A stretch of 64,000 nucleotides of DNA. Source: Octopus sinensis. Taxonomy: Eukaryota. Of this stretch, positions 26,351 to 38,525 are shown piece by piece (the first letter of the stretch is position 1; each line of letters begins with the position of its first letter). Location of the stretch: positions 45,024,464 to 45,088,463 of the forward strand of contig NC_043011.1 of assembly GCF_006345805.1 (NCBI RefSeq), written 5' to 3'. The notes under the pieces were generated by a model. That model made no database searches, was not told the DNA's origin, and was given only the letters and a program-made list of their open reading frames with translations. The position numbers and the translations under genes were made by a program.

Positions 26351-27479
26351 AACTTAGTGAAACACACCAACTATTTCTAGTGTTCCAACTAGCTCCATCA
26401 TTGTTCTGTAGCTGAGGCATGGAATTTAATGACTAGATTGACAGGACTAGCTCAAAGAACCAGAAGCTAATTTTGAAGTATTTTATTATCCTGTACCAGC
26501 AGCAATCAACCTCTACTTTCGTGGCCTTCCCCGCTGCCGAGGTAACATACATACACATTAGAAAGGAAGACTGAACAAGCAAAGCATGTATCACTTTGAA
26601 GCATGTAATTTATAATTCAAACATAATTGCAGAGTTGTTAGAATAAATAAGGGATTAAGCAGTTATGCATAAAGTCTCTACAGCTGTTTCTAGAGTAGCT
26701 GGCCATGTGGTGCATATCTCATTGAGCAAAGATTTCCATATAAAAGCCAACTATTCCTTCTTCAGAGAGAAAGATATCCTCTATAAAGGATATTTGTAGT
26801 TACTAGTTCCAGTATCGAAGAAAGAGTGTGTGTTTGTGTGTGCATGTATATCACGGACTCTCCCGTCGTTAGACGACATACGAGGGTTTGATAATTTCTT
26901 ACTGAACAACCACACAGATCAATTTGCTTATAGTGATCAAATATTTGTGTAGACATCCTTCCATCAGATTGACATTACCTGTACAGGTGCAATGGGTGCC
27001 ACGTGTCAGATGTTGAAATGATTGCAGAGCAACATGAAATGAAGTGCTTTGCTCTAGAACGCATAACCCGGTCTGGGAATTGAACCCATGATCTGGCAAT
27101 CGTGAATGCAACACTTTAACCACTAATATCATCCTTTAATATCTGTCTTCCATGCTGGCATGGGTTGGATTATATACATATATAACTCTTTATTTTGAAT
27201 GCAGTTACAACATAAGTAATAGCAATGGTTTGTTTGAAACAGCTGTCAAGATGACTTTTATGTAACTCCTTTTGTTTATTTTTTTCTTCTCTACTCTATA
27301 TTTTGTATTCCATATAAATATATGCCTTGTGTTTGCCTTTCTAGTACTTGCCTGTATATATGTGTGTGCATGTATACACACACACACACACATCTGCTCT
27401 CTACTTATATAAACACACACATACACACATAGTCATTTATTATTGGTGTCCTGGGGCTTTTTTTATTTTACATACCTTG

Positions 27480-28980
27480 AATACCCCCTCTCCCCCCCCC
27501 CCCTCAGCTCTGCTGTGTTTGTCTGTGTGTCCCTCTCATCTGAATGTCTTTATTGTCCACATAAACACAAGTTTCTACAGCTGTCATCTCTGCCAGCCAC
27601 TCCACCTACCACCACCACCACTATTACAACAACCACAACAATAAAACACTGCCACCACTATTGGCGGGGGTGTGGTGGGGGCGAATGGTCGCACACCAGC
27701 AATACTATTGCTGTATCACCACCGCTGCCCTCATAGCTAGTACACCAAAACCAACCTCAGTTTCTTTCCCCAAATATTCTATATTTATAAATGAACATAA
27801 TTGGAAGTGTGCAGGAAGGTGGGATTGGGGGGGGGCGGTATGTATGTCTTAATTACCAATCATGGGGAGGTGGGAGGGATATATTCTATATTGTCTGTGT
27901 GTCTCTCTATCTGTCCATATGTGTGTGTACATATGTATATATATATGATCATTATAAATCTGCATGCCTAGTGGTTGTTGTATCCACCTGATTTATATTT
28001 TTGGTTCCTCTGGGAACCTTTACTATTTCCCCTCTGCCCCCACCCTGTCTCCCTTTCAATCATTTATTTTAATTATATTTTGTCTTTTTTCTTTATTTTC
28101 TCTTTCTCCCCCCCTCTCTGCCCTTCCCCACCACCCACCCACACATGCACAGACTTTGGCTTGTTTTTCCCATTGTCTTTGTCTTGTTTCCTGGTTTTGA
28201 TTTCCCCCCTACCACCACCACCACCTCCTCCAATTGGGTTTGTGTGTGTGTGTGTATGGTAGAGACTCATATTGTTCTTCCTGTTGTTCCTGTTGTTGTT
28301 GTTGAAATCTAGATTCTCTCTCTCTTCCCTGGAGACAATGACGCAACACAATAGACACTCAGAGAGAACAACAGTCACCAGTTGCCCTTAATCTCCCCCC
28401 CTCCCGCCACCAACACCACTTCAATACTATCACCTTCCAACTACAATCACTACCACTGTTACTACCACCACCATTACTACCACACCAGTCTCTGTTACCA
28501 CAGTCTCCCTTCCCTGTCTCCTACCGCCATCACAGCCCCCACCTCTGCCTCCATGGAATTACACCCACCATCAGCATTACCTCCAGCACCATCATATTGG
28601 CACCTCCAACGCCACGTGCCATCACCTCCATAGCCACCATGCTGTTGCCTCTAACACCATCCCCCCCAGCACCACCATACCATCACCTACAGCGCCACCA
28701 TGTCATCGCTCCCAGCACTGCCATACCATCACCTCCAATGCCACCATACCGTCACCTCCACCTCTGCAGCCACCATCACCATACCATCGCCCACCACCCC
28801 ATCACCACTATACCATCACCTCTGCCAACATACCATCACTACCACCAAGAACAATCTATCATCATCACCACCACCACCAATACCGTTGCCTGTGTCACCA
28901 ACCACCATTACCACCAAAATTAATATCAAAAATAAAAACAGCAATGGTTGTGGTGGTGGTGGTAGTAATGGTGGTGATAT
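27480..28980. repeat. C-rich (CCA/CAC) low-complexity region
   Basis: Degenerate cca/cac/cat triplets; Pro/His/Thr ORFs without domain character. Confidence 0.8.
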
Positions 28981-29414
28981 GTCAATATGGCAAGAGGTCA
29001 CAAATTGTTATGAGAGTGATCTGTAATTGATTGAATATTGACTTCGCTGCCTGTTTCATATTTATACAATCAATATCTGAAGTAATTAAATTTCAAGTTG
29101 CATGTGGGTTTGTGGGTGGCTTGCGTTGTGACATTCATTCTTTTCTCACAGAAATTAGCAGCAGCCGCAGTGAAGTGAAACTGCTTCAGTTTTATTACTG
29201 TTTCTGATTTGTTCTTGCCCAGTAATGATAGTTTCTAATTTTGTCACAAGGCCAGCAATTTTAGTGGTGGGGAGGTGATACGTTGATTACCTCAACTCCA
29301 GTGCTTGCAAAAGGAGAAAGGACATAGTTAACCTCACTGGAATTTGAACTCAGAAACTGGTGATAGAAGGATGTCACTAACCATTTTGTCAGGCTTGCTT
29401 CCTGATAATAATAA

Positions 29415-29776
29415 GAGCACTCAGATAGTGCAAACCTCTGCCAAGGCAACACTGTCCTCTCTACGATTAGCCGAAGATGATTTTTAAAATGAGAATATCT
29501 GAAATAAACTTGACTGCTTTCACAAATGAGAATACTAAAAATGAACCCGACTGCTATCAAAAATTAATTAAAAAAAAGACCAGAAAAATAATCCAGAATC
29601 CTTGTTCAGTACCAGATTGATCCCAAAATGTAATGAGACTATGCCAGTCACAAGGCCAAACATCCCTGAAAGTTTCATCCGAATCCACCCAGCAGTTCTT
29701 GAGACATCTTGTCCACGGACAAACAAACAAGCACAACTGAAAACAATACCTCCACCTTTGCTAAGGCAGAGGTAAT
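29415..29776 (-). mobile_element. Helentron-associated (HINE/DINE-1-like) element
   Basis: Minus 5' attacctctgccttagc hairpin, (TTTG)n, 3' inverted subterminal ggcagaggt, terminal hairpin gcact-atctg-agtgc. Confidence 0.65.
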
Positions 29777-29789
29777 AATAATAATAATA

Positions 29790-30315
29790 ATAATAGCCTT
29801 GATGCAGTACCAGGCAGTGGCTTTCATGGCTTCTGATCTCAACTGATTGGATGTGTTATCATGTACATTATTTTGTCTTGGTATAAAAGATGAGCTACAG
29901 CAAATATTCTGCTCAATACCACAATCTTGCTTGTCAGTTGCTTGACCTTAACCAGTTGAGCATGTCCCTTAGTGGCTGACGATATGTACATCTCTGATGA
30001 CGAGCAGAAGTAGTGGGGGAGCATCATAGACATGTGTCGAGAGGAATTCTAGACACATGGGTATTTTGTTCAGCATCCTTAAACGACCCTTATTCAAGGA
30101 ACTTTTGAGCAGGATGAGCTACTCGACCTGAAGAAAATTCTAACTGGGCCCCACCTGCAGTTAATCTTGATATGAGACCACCATGTCACATTCATATGGT
30201 TGTGATGCATGTGCCTGGTGTACCCTTATCAGACGGGTAGTCATGATGGGTATACTGGGCTTCATATATTTTACCTCACTGTCACTTTGATGTCATGTAC
30301 TGCTCTCTCATTCAA
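29790..30315. repeat. Unclassified interspersed repeat between (TAA)n runs
   Basis: 29890-30060 matches the reverse complement of about 33240-33390. Confidence 0.7.
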
Positions 30316-32599
30316 TAATAATAATAATCCTTTCTACTATAGGCATAAGGTTGGCAGGATTTGAACCCAGAAATTAAGGATGGACAAAATGCTGCTAACC
30401 ATTTTTCCTGGCATGCATAGCTCTGCCAGCTCAGTGCCTTCATAATAATAATAATGGTTTCAAATTTTACCACAAGGGCAGCCATTTTTGTGTGCAGGGG
30501 ATAAGTCGATAACATTGACCCCAGTGTTTCACTGGTACTTAATTTATCGACCCCTAAAAGATGAAAGGAAATTTACCCTAAGCAAAATTTGAACTCAGAA
30601 TGTAGCGGCAGACGAAATACCGTTAAGCATTTCACTCTTCATGCTAATGATTCTGCCAATTCACTGCCTTCATAATAATAATAATAATAATAATTGTTTC
30701 TAACTTTGACACAAGGCCAGCAATTTGAGGCTAGCAGTAAATTGATTACATAGACTCCAATAACTCAGTTGGCCTGAGCAAGATTTGAGCTCTGAAGATA
30801 AAGAACTGGGAAAAAAGTTCCAAATAATGATGATGATGATAAAGTCTAATGAAGGAATTATCTGGAGATATTGAATGCACTTTCTTCCTTACTTCACTCA
30901 ACAGAAAAAGATATCTCAACATAAGGAAACAAAAGCAGAGAAGAGGTTTTCTTCCCTTAAGTAGTACATTCACCCCCCTCTCTCTCTTTCTCTCATCCTA
31001 TAGGTAGTTACTCTCTCTCTCTTACCCCATAAACAGCCATAAGCAGCAGCAGCGGCAGTTTCCAATCAAACAACCAGGAATAATTTCCTTTATTAGCAAC
31101 AAGAGCCGAAGACTTTGAGGGCAATATCAAAGGACATTAGCATATGGCTAAAAATTTATTACCATATCTCTGTTGAAATAAACTGCCTTTGTGTCAATTA
31201 AATTTGAAAATCATTAAGAATTTAGTAAAATAACTTTGTTGTTATTAATCTGGCATTTGGAACATAAATAAACATGAAAGCTTGATGGAAGGTTTTTTTC
31301 TTTCTTTTTTTTAAAAATTCAGATTGCTTTAAAACAGGAAGTTTATATCATAGAAAAACCAGGGTTAATCTTGGGTGAGTTGGCATCAAAAGGGATAAAG
31401 TGGGTCATAAGATTAATTTAAATAGCCAGGCCCCACCATAATGTCGGTTAGATCTTTAACTTCCATTGACAAGGTTTGAACTCACAGTGTTGGACAAATG
31501 TACTTGTAAATGCTACTAGAAGAAAATCTAGAGTGTGATGGTCAAAGAAAACTTCTGTTGATTTTTGTCAAGGAGAGATTGTTAAATTGAAAGTCTGATT
31601 TTTGAGATGTCATACTTCAACCAGGAAGAGGGAAAGCTGAAGTTGTTTGCCAGTGTGACAGTACAGAAAGTAGACAAAAGCCAGTGATTGTTCGCCTGAT
31701 TTACTGATCCTTTTATTGTCTCCTAAACTCAACAGAACCTATCCAACATTCAACCATACTCTTACTGTTATAAGATGTTTGGTTGGCCTTGCCATTTCAT
31801 ACACATAACCTCATTAACCAACCTGGCTGAAACTGGCTCTGGCTCTGTAGTACAAATGTCTTGTTTTCATAAGTTTTGAATTAAAATCTTCCACCAAACC
31901 TTAGTCCCAATTTATGTTCCCAACACTAGCTTAATGATAATTAAGTTATTTTAATAAATTCTTTGTTATATTTAAAATAATTGAAAGAAACACAAAGCAT
32001 CTCAGAATACGGTAATGAAAAGATTAAAAACTGTCTGATCTCCTCCAGATTTCACTATAATTGTTAGGTTTCCAATAATTTTGTTTGCATTTCTATTGCA
32101 CACTCTGTTCCTGAGCTGTACACCCTGGCTCCACCAGCTGCACAGCCTGGGTTACTGAGTTGCACATCCTATTTCCCTCAGCTTCATGTCTTGTGTTCAT
32201 GATCTGCACACCCTATGCTCCTAAGTTGTGAACAAAAACTGATTTTTGCAGTTGTGCAATTGTATTTGTATACAACATCAGATTTAGCCACTTTGATAGA
32301 TACAGGCCATACACAATGAAATCTACCTGGGTACTTTTTGATTTGTTGTTACTGTATCAATTGCAGAAATTGTGACAGGTACTTTGAGATGTTGTTGAAA
32401 TTAACCTCATTTCTGTAATAATAATAATAATAATAATAACAGTGGTAATTTTTTTGTGCTGTAGGTGTAAGATCTGAAATTTTGGGGAAGGACTGGTACT
32501 TATTTTATTGATCTCTTTCACCAAACCACTAAGTTACAGAGATGTAAACACAAATAGCAGTGGTGAGGGACAAACAAGGACAGACACAAACAATTCAAA

Positions 32600-32715
32600 T
32601 TTACGGAAAACGAGATGAAGACAGGTGAAGGAACACGAAGTAGGTGTATTAGTTTAATGCTCGGGAAGAATGGGAAAGTCTTTGACGTTTTGAGCCTGTG
32701 ATCTTCGACAGAACA
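32600..32715 (-). mobile_element. Second Penelope-like terminal repeat family with decayed hammerhead-like core
   Basis: Minus: CTGTCGA-A-gatc acag gctc-aAAA-CGTC then gagcattaaactaatacacc..ttccttcacctgtc; that tail recurs at about 47630-47690(+). Confidence 0.45.
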
Positions 32716-32884
32716 GAATGAGAGGGGAAAAAATGTGTAGGGATTAACAGTTCAATATGACGAATATGTATACAGGATGAGCTTCTTTGAGTTTCTGTCT
32801 ACCAAATCCACTCACAAGGCTTTAGTTGGCCTGAGGCTATAGTAGAAGATACTTGCCCAAGGTGACACATGTAAGGACAAAACT

Positions 32885-33125
32885 ATGAAGTAAGGTTATT
32901 TATGGGACTTCTGTATGCATACCGGAAGAAGAATATCACACAACAGGCTGGATATTGTAGTTGTTGATAACAAGAAGTAACTATGTGTTGTAACTAATTT
33001 GGTAGACATCTGATAGCTGAGTCAAGAGAAAGTGGTGTAGTATTATACTGACTTTGAAGTATGATGTTCTTAGATACTGAAACAAAGAAGTTAATAAGGT
33101 CATGATACTACCAATTACACTGTGT
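32885..33125 (+). pseudogene. R4/Dong/NeSL-type non-LTR element, restriction-like endonuclease remnant
   Basis: From 32903: WDFCMHTGRRISHNRLDIVVVDNKK*LCVV, matching the WDF.I.TD..I.HNRPDIVV.DK signature; later VMILPI. Confidence 0.8.
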
Positions 33126-34105
33126 AACATGGTTTTTGTCCTTGGTCAGCAACTGTTATTTCCTATTTGCTTATCCTTAGAAAGTATGAAAAATGGCTAA
33201 TATTTCCTTCAATTTTTGCTTTTGTTACATTTATTTAAACCTCAAAGAATCCCTCTCAACAGTATGATGTCCCCTCACTATTCCTGCTCATGATCAGAGA
33301 TGTACATACTGTCAGCCACTAAGTGGTCAAGGTTCAGCAATTGACAAGTAAATCTGTGGTATTGAGCAGAATATTTGCTATAATGATATTTCTGCTTCAG
33401 CAACTCAGCACTGAATCTGTCTGAAATGTAATGGAAAATAGGTCAGTTTCAAAACCTTGGTGCCCAGCTCACAAAGTTTGAAGGAAATAAGTCATTCCTT
33501 TGATTTCTAGATAGAAGCAATTAGGAAATAACACTTATTGACCAAAGACAAAAAGAAAAGAAAAAACATTGTTTGTAACAGTATTGTTACTAGTGGAGTT
33601 TTGGGAACAAAGTATTTAGGAGTAAAACTTGGAAAGATATACCTTAATCTGAGAGTAGATGCAGTGAAGAAAATATTTACTAAGTTCAGAAAGAGTTGGT
33701 AATGGTAATTTTGGTGGTTGTAGGGATGCTGGTGATATTGGTAATTTCGGTGGTAGTTGTTGTGACTGAGGCATTTTTGGTGGAACTGATAAGGGATTTT
33801 TTTAATGTATTTAACCCTTGGTAAACCAACTCATTCAATATCTCCACCCTTGGTTCTGCCCTAAACAAACACCTGATTTAAAAGGTTTTAAATTGAAAAT
33901 TTCCATTCATATTTTATGTAAGAACCACTTAAGCTAGGTACTTAACATTAGATTTATAATGAAAAATTAATTTAATTCTTCTATATACCGGATTATTTTC
34001 ATAATTAATTGTGTGTATGCATGTGTTTATGTGTGCGCGTGTGTGTGTGTACTCACGCAGTATATTTCATTAGAAATGCGGCTATGAAAAAATTAACTCT
34101 GTGTA

Positions 34106-34146
<41 letters not shown>

Positions 34147-34522
34147 TTCTTAAAGATATTGCAATCAGCTTTTCCTTCCCACATCACATTGGGAGTAGAA
34201 GCTACACTAATACAGATAGCAGACACAAAAGCAACACAAACAGGGCTTTTAATCTCTGCTGTTGTCTAAGAGTAGATATATCTGTGTGCTTATAGTATTG
34301 GCCATGTGTGAGTGTGTATAATGTGTGTTTGTGTACGCAAGTTCTTGTTAGTGTTTGTCTGACCCATGCTAGCAATGACCAAACACCACAATTATAATTT
34401 AAGAGGATTACCAATTGATTTTTAAGAAATTTTTTATTTTCGCTTTCATATCATTGTTATTCTTGTTAGTCACCCTTTACTCACCCACCTTTTATATATA
34501 CACCATCACGGAACAGTATATA

Positions 34523-35063
34523 TCTATTATATAAATTCCATCCTGTCTGTCTGTGTGTATGTCTTCTAGGATCTCGGGCATCCTCCATCCGATTAGCTCA
34601 AATTTGATTTGTAGATACCGACAGTATCAGGGTGTGTATAAGTCTTGAAAAAATTACAAAAATCGATTCCAGGTGAGAATGCGATCGATAAAGCCGTGAG
34701 AACGTGCATTTGTATGTGCAAGTATATCAGCTGTTGCAATCGATACTATGCGTACACGAGACATGCACGTGCAGTTTGCGCAATAAAAGCCGGCTGGCTT
34801 GAAATAATGCCACAAAATGCAGTATATTTAAGAGACCAAAAAAGTAAGATGCAAAAGAGATATTTTCTTCAAATTTGGCGTGAAAGAAAGACTGACTGTT
34901 TGGTTTCTCAAGAAGTCTTTTTTTTTTTTTGCCTTAACTTCGTTTAACAAAACCAAAAATTTTATTGAAATAAAGGCATGCTTAATTATTTTTTAATGAA
35001 AAGAAAACATTGATTGCTTTTTATTCAGCAGATATGATTCAGCACCGTCCATTGGACGGTAGT
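34523..35063 (+). mobile_element. Helitron-like non-autonomous element, copy 2
   Basis: Colinear with copy 1; hairpin CCGTCCA-T-TGGACGG at 35045-35059 followed by TAGT. Confidence 0.65.
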
Positions 35064-35078
35064 GGGGGCGTTTTGCTC

Positions 35079-35117
<39 letters not shown>

Positions 35118-35457
35118 CATGTATGGTTGTATGGTAAGATGCTTAGTTCCCAACCATATGGTTCTGGGTTTAGTTTCACTGTGTGGTATTTGGGCAAATG
35201 TCTTCTACTAGTAGCCTTAGGCTGCTTGAATCTTTGAGTGGATTTGGTAAACAAGAAACTGAAAGAAGCCTGTTGTACATATATGTCCATATGTGTGTGC
35301 CTGTGTTTCCTCTTGACAACCAGTGTTGGTGGGTTTATGCCCCAGAACTTAGCAGTTTGGCAAAAAAGACAGATAGGATAAGTACCGGTATTGTTTAATT
35401 GAAATAAAACCTCTTCATGGTGATGTCCTAGCTTAGCCAGTAATGACTGAAACAAAT

Positions 35458-35521
<64 letters not shown>

Positions 35522-36469
35522 AGGTGTGAGCATGGTTGTGTGGTAAGAAGCTTGCTTCCCAACCAGATGGTTCTGGGTTCAGTCCCACTGTGTGGCACCT
35601 TAGGCAACTGAAAGAAGCCCATCATATATATGTATATATATATTTATGTGTGTGTGTCTGTGTTTGTCCCGGGCATCATTGCTTCACAACTGATGCTGGT
35701 GTGTTTGCGTCCCCGTAACTTAGCGGCTCAGCAAAAAGTGACCAATAAAATAAGTACTGAGCTTAAAAAAGAAAGAGTCCTGGAGTCGATTTCTATGATT
35801 AGAAAACCCTTTAAGGCATTGCTCCAGCATGGCCACTGTCAAATGACAAACAAGGAAAAGAATAAAAGAATACACACACATACACACACACATCAATGCA
35901 TGCACAAAGCCACTGCTTATTATCGTCCTACCCATATCAGCATAAAAAACTGACATTGAATAATAATAATAATTAATATTATATGCATACACACACACAC
36001 ACAACACACTTATCTTTACTAATTATTTTATCTCCCCCCTCACTTCCACCTCTTCTTAATGTGTTCAGTTCTAAATAAAGGCTTACTTCCTCTTTTAATC
36101 ATAATCTCCTTGATGAGTTTTGTTCAAAACTACGAATCAACAAAGGGGGGGGGAAGGACCTACAGAGGAAGGGGGGTGTTTGGTGGTGGTGGTGGGGGGT
36201 CAGGGTGTTGTGTGGCTGTTGTTAAGTTTTGTCGGAGATAATTACTCAAATTGTTGGAGTTTTGATTATGGTGGTGTTGGTAATGGTAGTTAGGGTGTAG
36301 AGGTGTTGACAGTATTGATATTGATGGTAGTGAAAGTGGTGGTGTTGGTGGCATCGATGTTTGGTGGTGGCGTTGATGGTCTGTGTTGACAGCAGTCAAT
36401 CTAAGCAGATTATGTAAATTAAATGTAATGGAAAAAAAATAAGTATGGAAAGAAATAATTGAATAAAAA

Positions 36470-36760
36470 CTGTAGAGTGAAATATATAAAATGTTATTGG
36501 TTACTGTTTTAATCTATGGAAGGACATTGGTGTATGAAAATGGGGATTTCTGAAAAGTTGGAGATGGCTCAGGATAACAGTAGTAGTTGGTTTGGATGGC
36601 CAAGGGGACTGGTTGAACAGTATTTCAGTTGGTTTGGATGACTGAGGAGATGGGCAATTAAATGAATATTAAATAGATGTCCAAGGAGTGGACAGTATGA
36701 CAGTAATTGACAGAAGAGAGGAAATTTTGAGCAGCAACTGGATCAAATCCGGGATGAAGG
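36470..36760 (+). pseudogene. Heavily decayed RTE-like fragment
   Basis: YKMLLVTVLIYG and EKLEMAQ in shifted frames. Confidence 0.4.
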
Positions 36761-37004
36761 AGAGGGAGTGATTTTTATGTCATAAAGCCATAGTCATACA
36801 CTTGTGTCTTTAAGTATGAACTGGTAACAAGTATCATGCTGTAGGTGCCTATTTAGTTGTGTGCAGACACAAGCAACCCTCTTCGCTCTCCCATCCTTGA
36901 CCCAATTGAACATCAAGTGTATGAAAGCTAAAGGAAAGGAAACTGCAGCAGCACTCAGTTGGTGCCAATTTTCTGCTGAGTAGGCTGCAGTGACATCATC
37001 ATCG

Positions 37005-37290
37005 TTTAGCGTCCGTTTTCCATGCTAGCATGGGTTGGACGGTTCTACTGGGGTCTGTGAAGCCAGAAGGCTTCATCAGGCCCAGTCAAATCTGGCAGTG
37101 TTTCTACGGCTGGATGCCCTTCCTAACGCCAACCACTCCGTGAGTGTAGTGGGTGCTTTTTACGTGCCACCCGCACAGGTGCCAGACAGAGCTGGCGAAC
37201 GGCCACGAACGGATGGTGCTTTTTATGTGCCACCGGCACGAGGGCCAGGCGAGGCTGGCAACGGACACGAAATGGGGCGGTGCTGGCAAC
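37005..37290 (-). mobile_element. SINE family C (ggttggcgttaggaagggcatccagc domain, (ATG)n tail), young CpG-rich copy
   Basis: Close match to 63001-63292 in the opposite orientation; internal repeated ggtggcac(g/a)taaaaagcacc. The gaagggcatcc motif resembles the central region of HE1-type V-SINEs (from memory). Confidence 0.88.
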
Positions 37291-37856
37291 GGTCACGTAA
37301 TAAAAAGTCTTGCTCAAGGACACAATCCACTCACTGGTCCAAAAATTGATCTTAAGATTGCCAGCTCAACTCTCAACACACCAAAGTCCAGATCACCATA
37401 TAAATGTGGCCTAGAGCTTAGTGCATTGGGCTCACAATAACAAAGTCATTGTTTATATATCAACAGCTGTCACTTACAAGCAATTATGAATGATAACATG
37501 CACTGTGCTTTCACTAATCAATTTGAGTGCCTGTTTAGTTGTGTGCAGACATAGACATTCTCTCGGTCCTTCATACTTGACTCAATAGAACATCAGTTGT
37601 GTGAAAGCTGAACTAGCACTCAAGGAAGCTGCAATAACAAATAATAAAATGTCTTACTCAAGGATACAGTGTATCATTCAGTTCAGGAACTGAACCCCTG
37701 ATCCTACAATCATGAGTCTAACGTCCTATCCACCAAGTGCTGTGCTTCCACACTTTAAAAATAACACTATTGTTTCTGTTTTGAAATGCTTGGATCTCAT
37801 AGCAAATAAAGCTATAAACACTGGGTTAAAAACTTTTTTTGGATAGAAAAGTCAAA

Positions 37857-37927
37857 GGTTTCCCATGGGACTCGAACCCGCATCTCCTGTAGACATGACA
37901 GATGTTCTACCATCGGACCAAAGCAAT
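37857..37927 (-). pseudogene. tRNA-like sequence (pseudo-tRNA or isolated SINE head)
   Basis: D arm GTCC/GAAC, anticodon arm TCTGT-CATGTCT-ACAGG, T arm GCGGG-TTCGAGT-CCCAT with perfect GGTTCGAGTCC B box; acceptor stem has 2 mismatches and 2 G-T pairs. Confidence 0.6.
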
Positions 37928-38282
37928 CCTTTGAATTTCTGTATCTACTTTAAAACTTTATCCTAACCAGTGAAAATTACATTTTGAGATCATAAAAAAT
38001 TATAAACTCTAGGAAAATGTTAAATAATTCCTTTTTGGAATGAAGAGTCTTGAAATGAATAAAGCTATAAATGATAGCATGTAAACATTGGCTCAAAGGC
38101 TTTTGTTATTATGGTATTTATATTGATCAATGGCAATATAGATGCTATAGTAGTACAAAATGTGTGAGCATTGTGATGGACACTGCCTGGGTGAATAAAC
38201 AAGAATGTTCAGAGGGTTCTATGAATACAAGCAGGCTGGTGGTTGTGTTGTGTGCACCAGTGCTCTGCAACCAGTATGGCTC

Positions 38283-38525
38283 GGCTACTAACCCCAAGAT
38301 TCCGAGTTTGATTTCAAGCAGTGACCTGAATAATAATAATAATATCGAAAAATACCTTAGGAATGAGAACCCAGGTTGGAAATTTCCCCAAAATACCTGA
38401 TGAAGGCTGGAGGGTATGTCAGCCGAAACGTGTTAACAGCAAACAAGATAAGGACAAATATCCGTCTGAAGATTATTTACATTTCACAAAGATGGGGGCA
38501 AATATCCGTCTAATGTAAATAATTT
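38283..38525 (+). mobile_element. tRNA-Ser-like head fragment + (TAA)n + Penelope-type terminal repeat with hammerhead-like core
   Basis: ggctactaaccccaagattccgagtttgatttc (anticodon loop CT-ACT-AA and T-arm remnant); CTGATGA-A-GGCTG(10 nt)CAGCC-GAAAC at 38397-38429. Confidence 0.7.

Noticed and set aside
33600-33690. KYLGV motif suggesting an RT fragment
   Set aside because: A single short motif with no flanking RT motifs.
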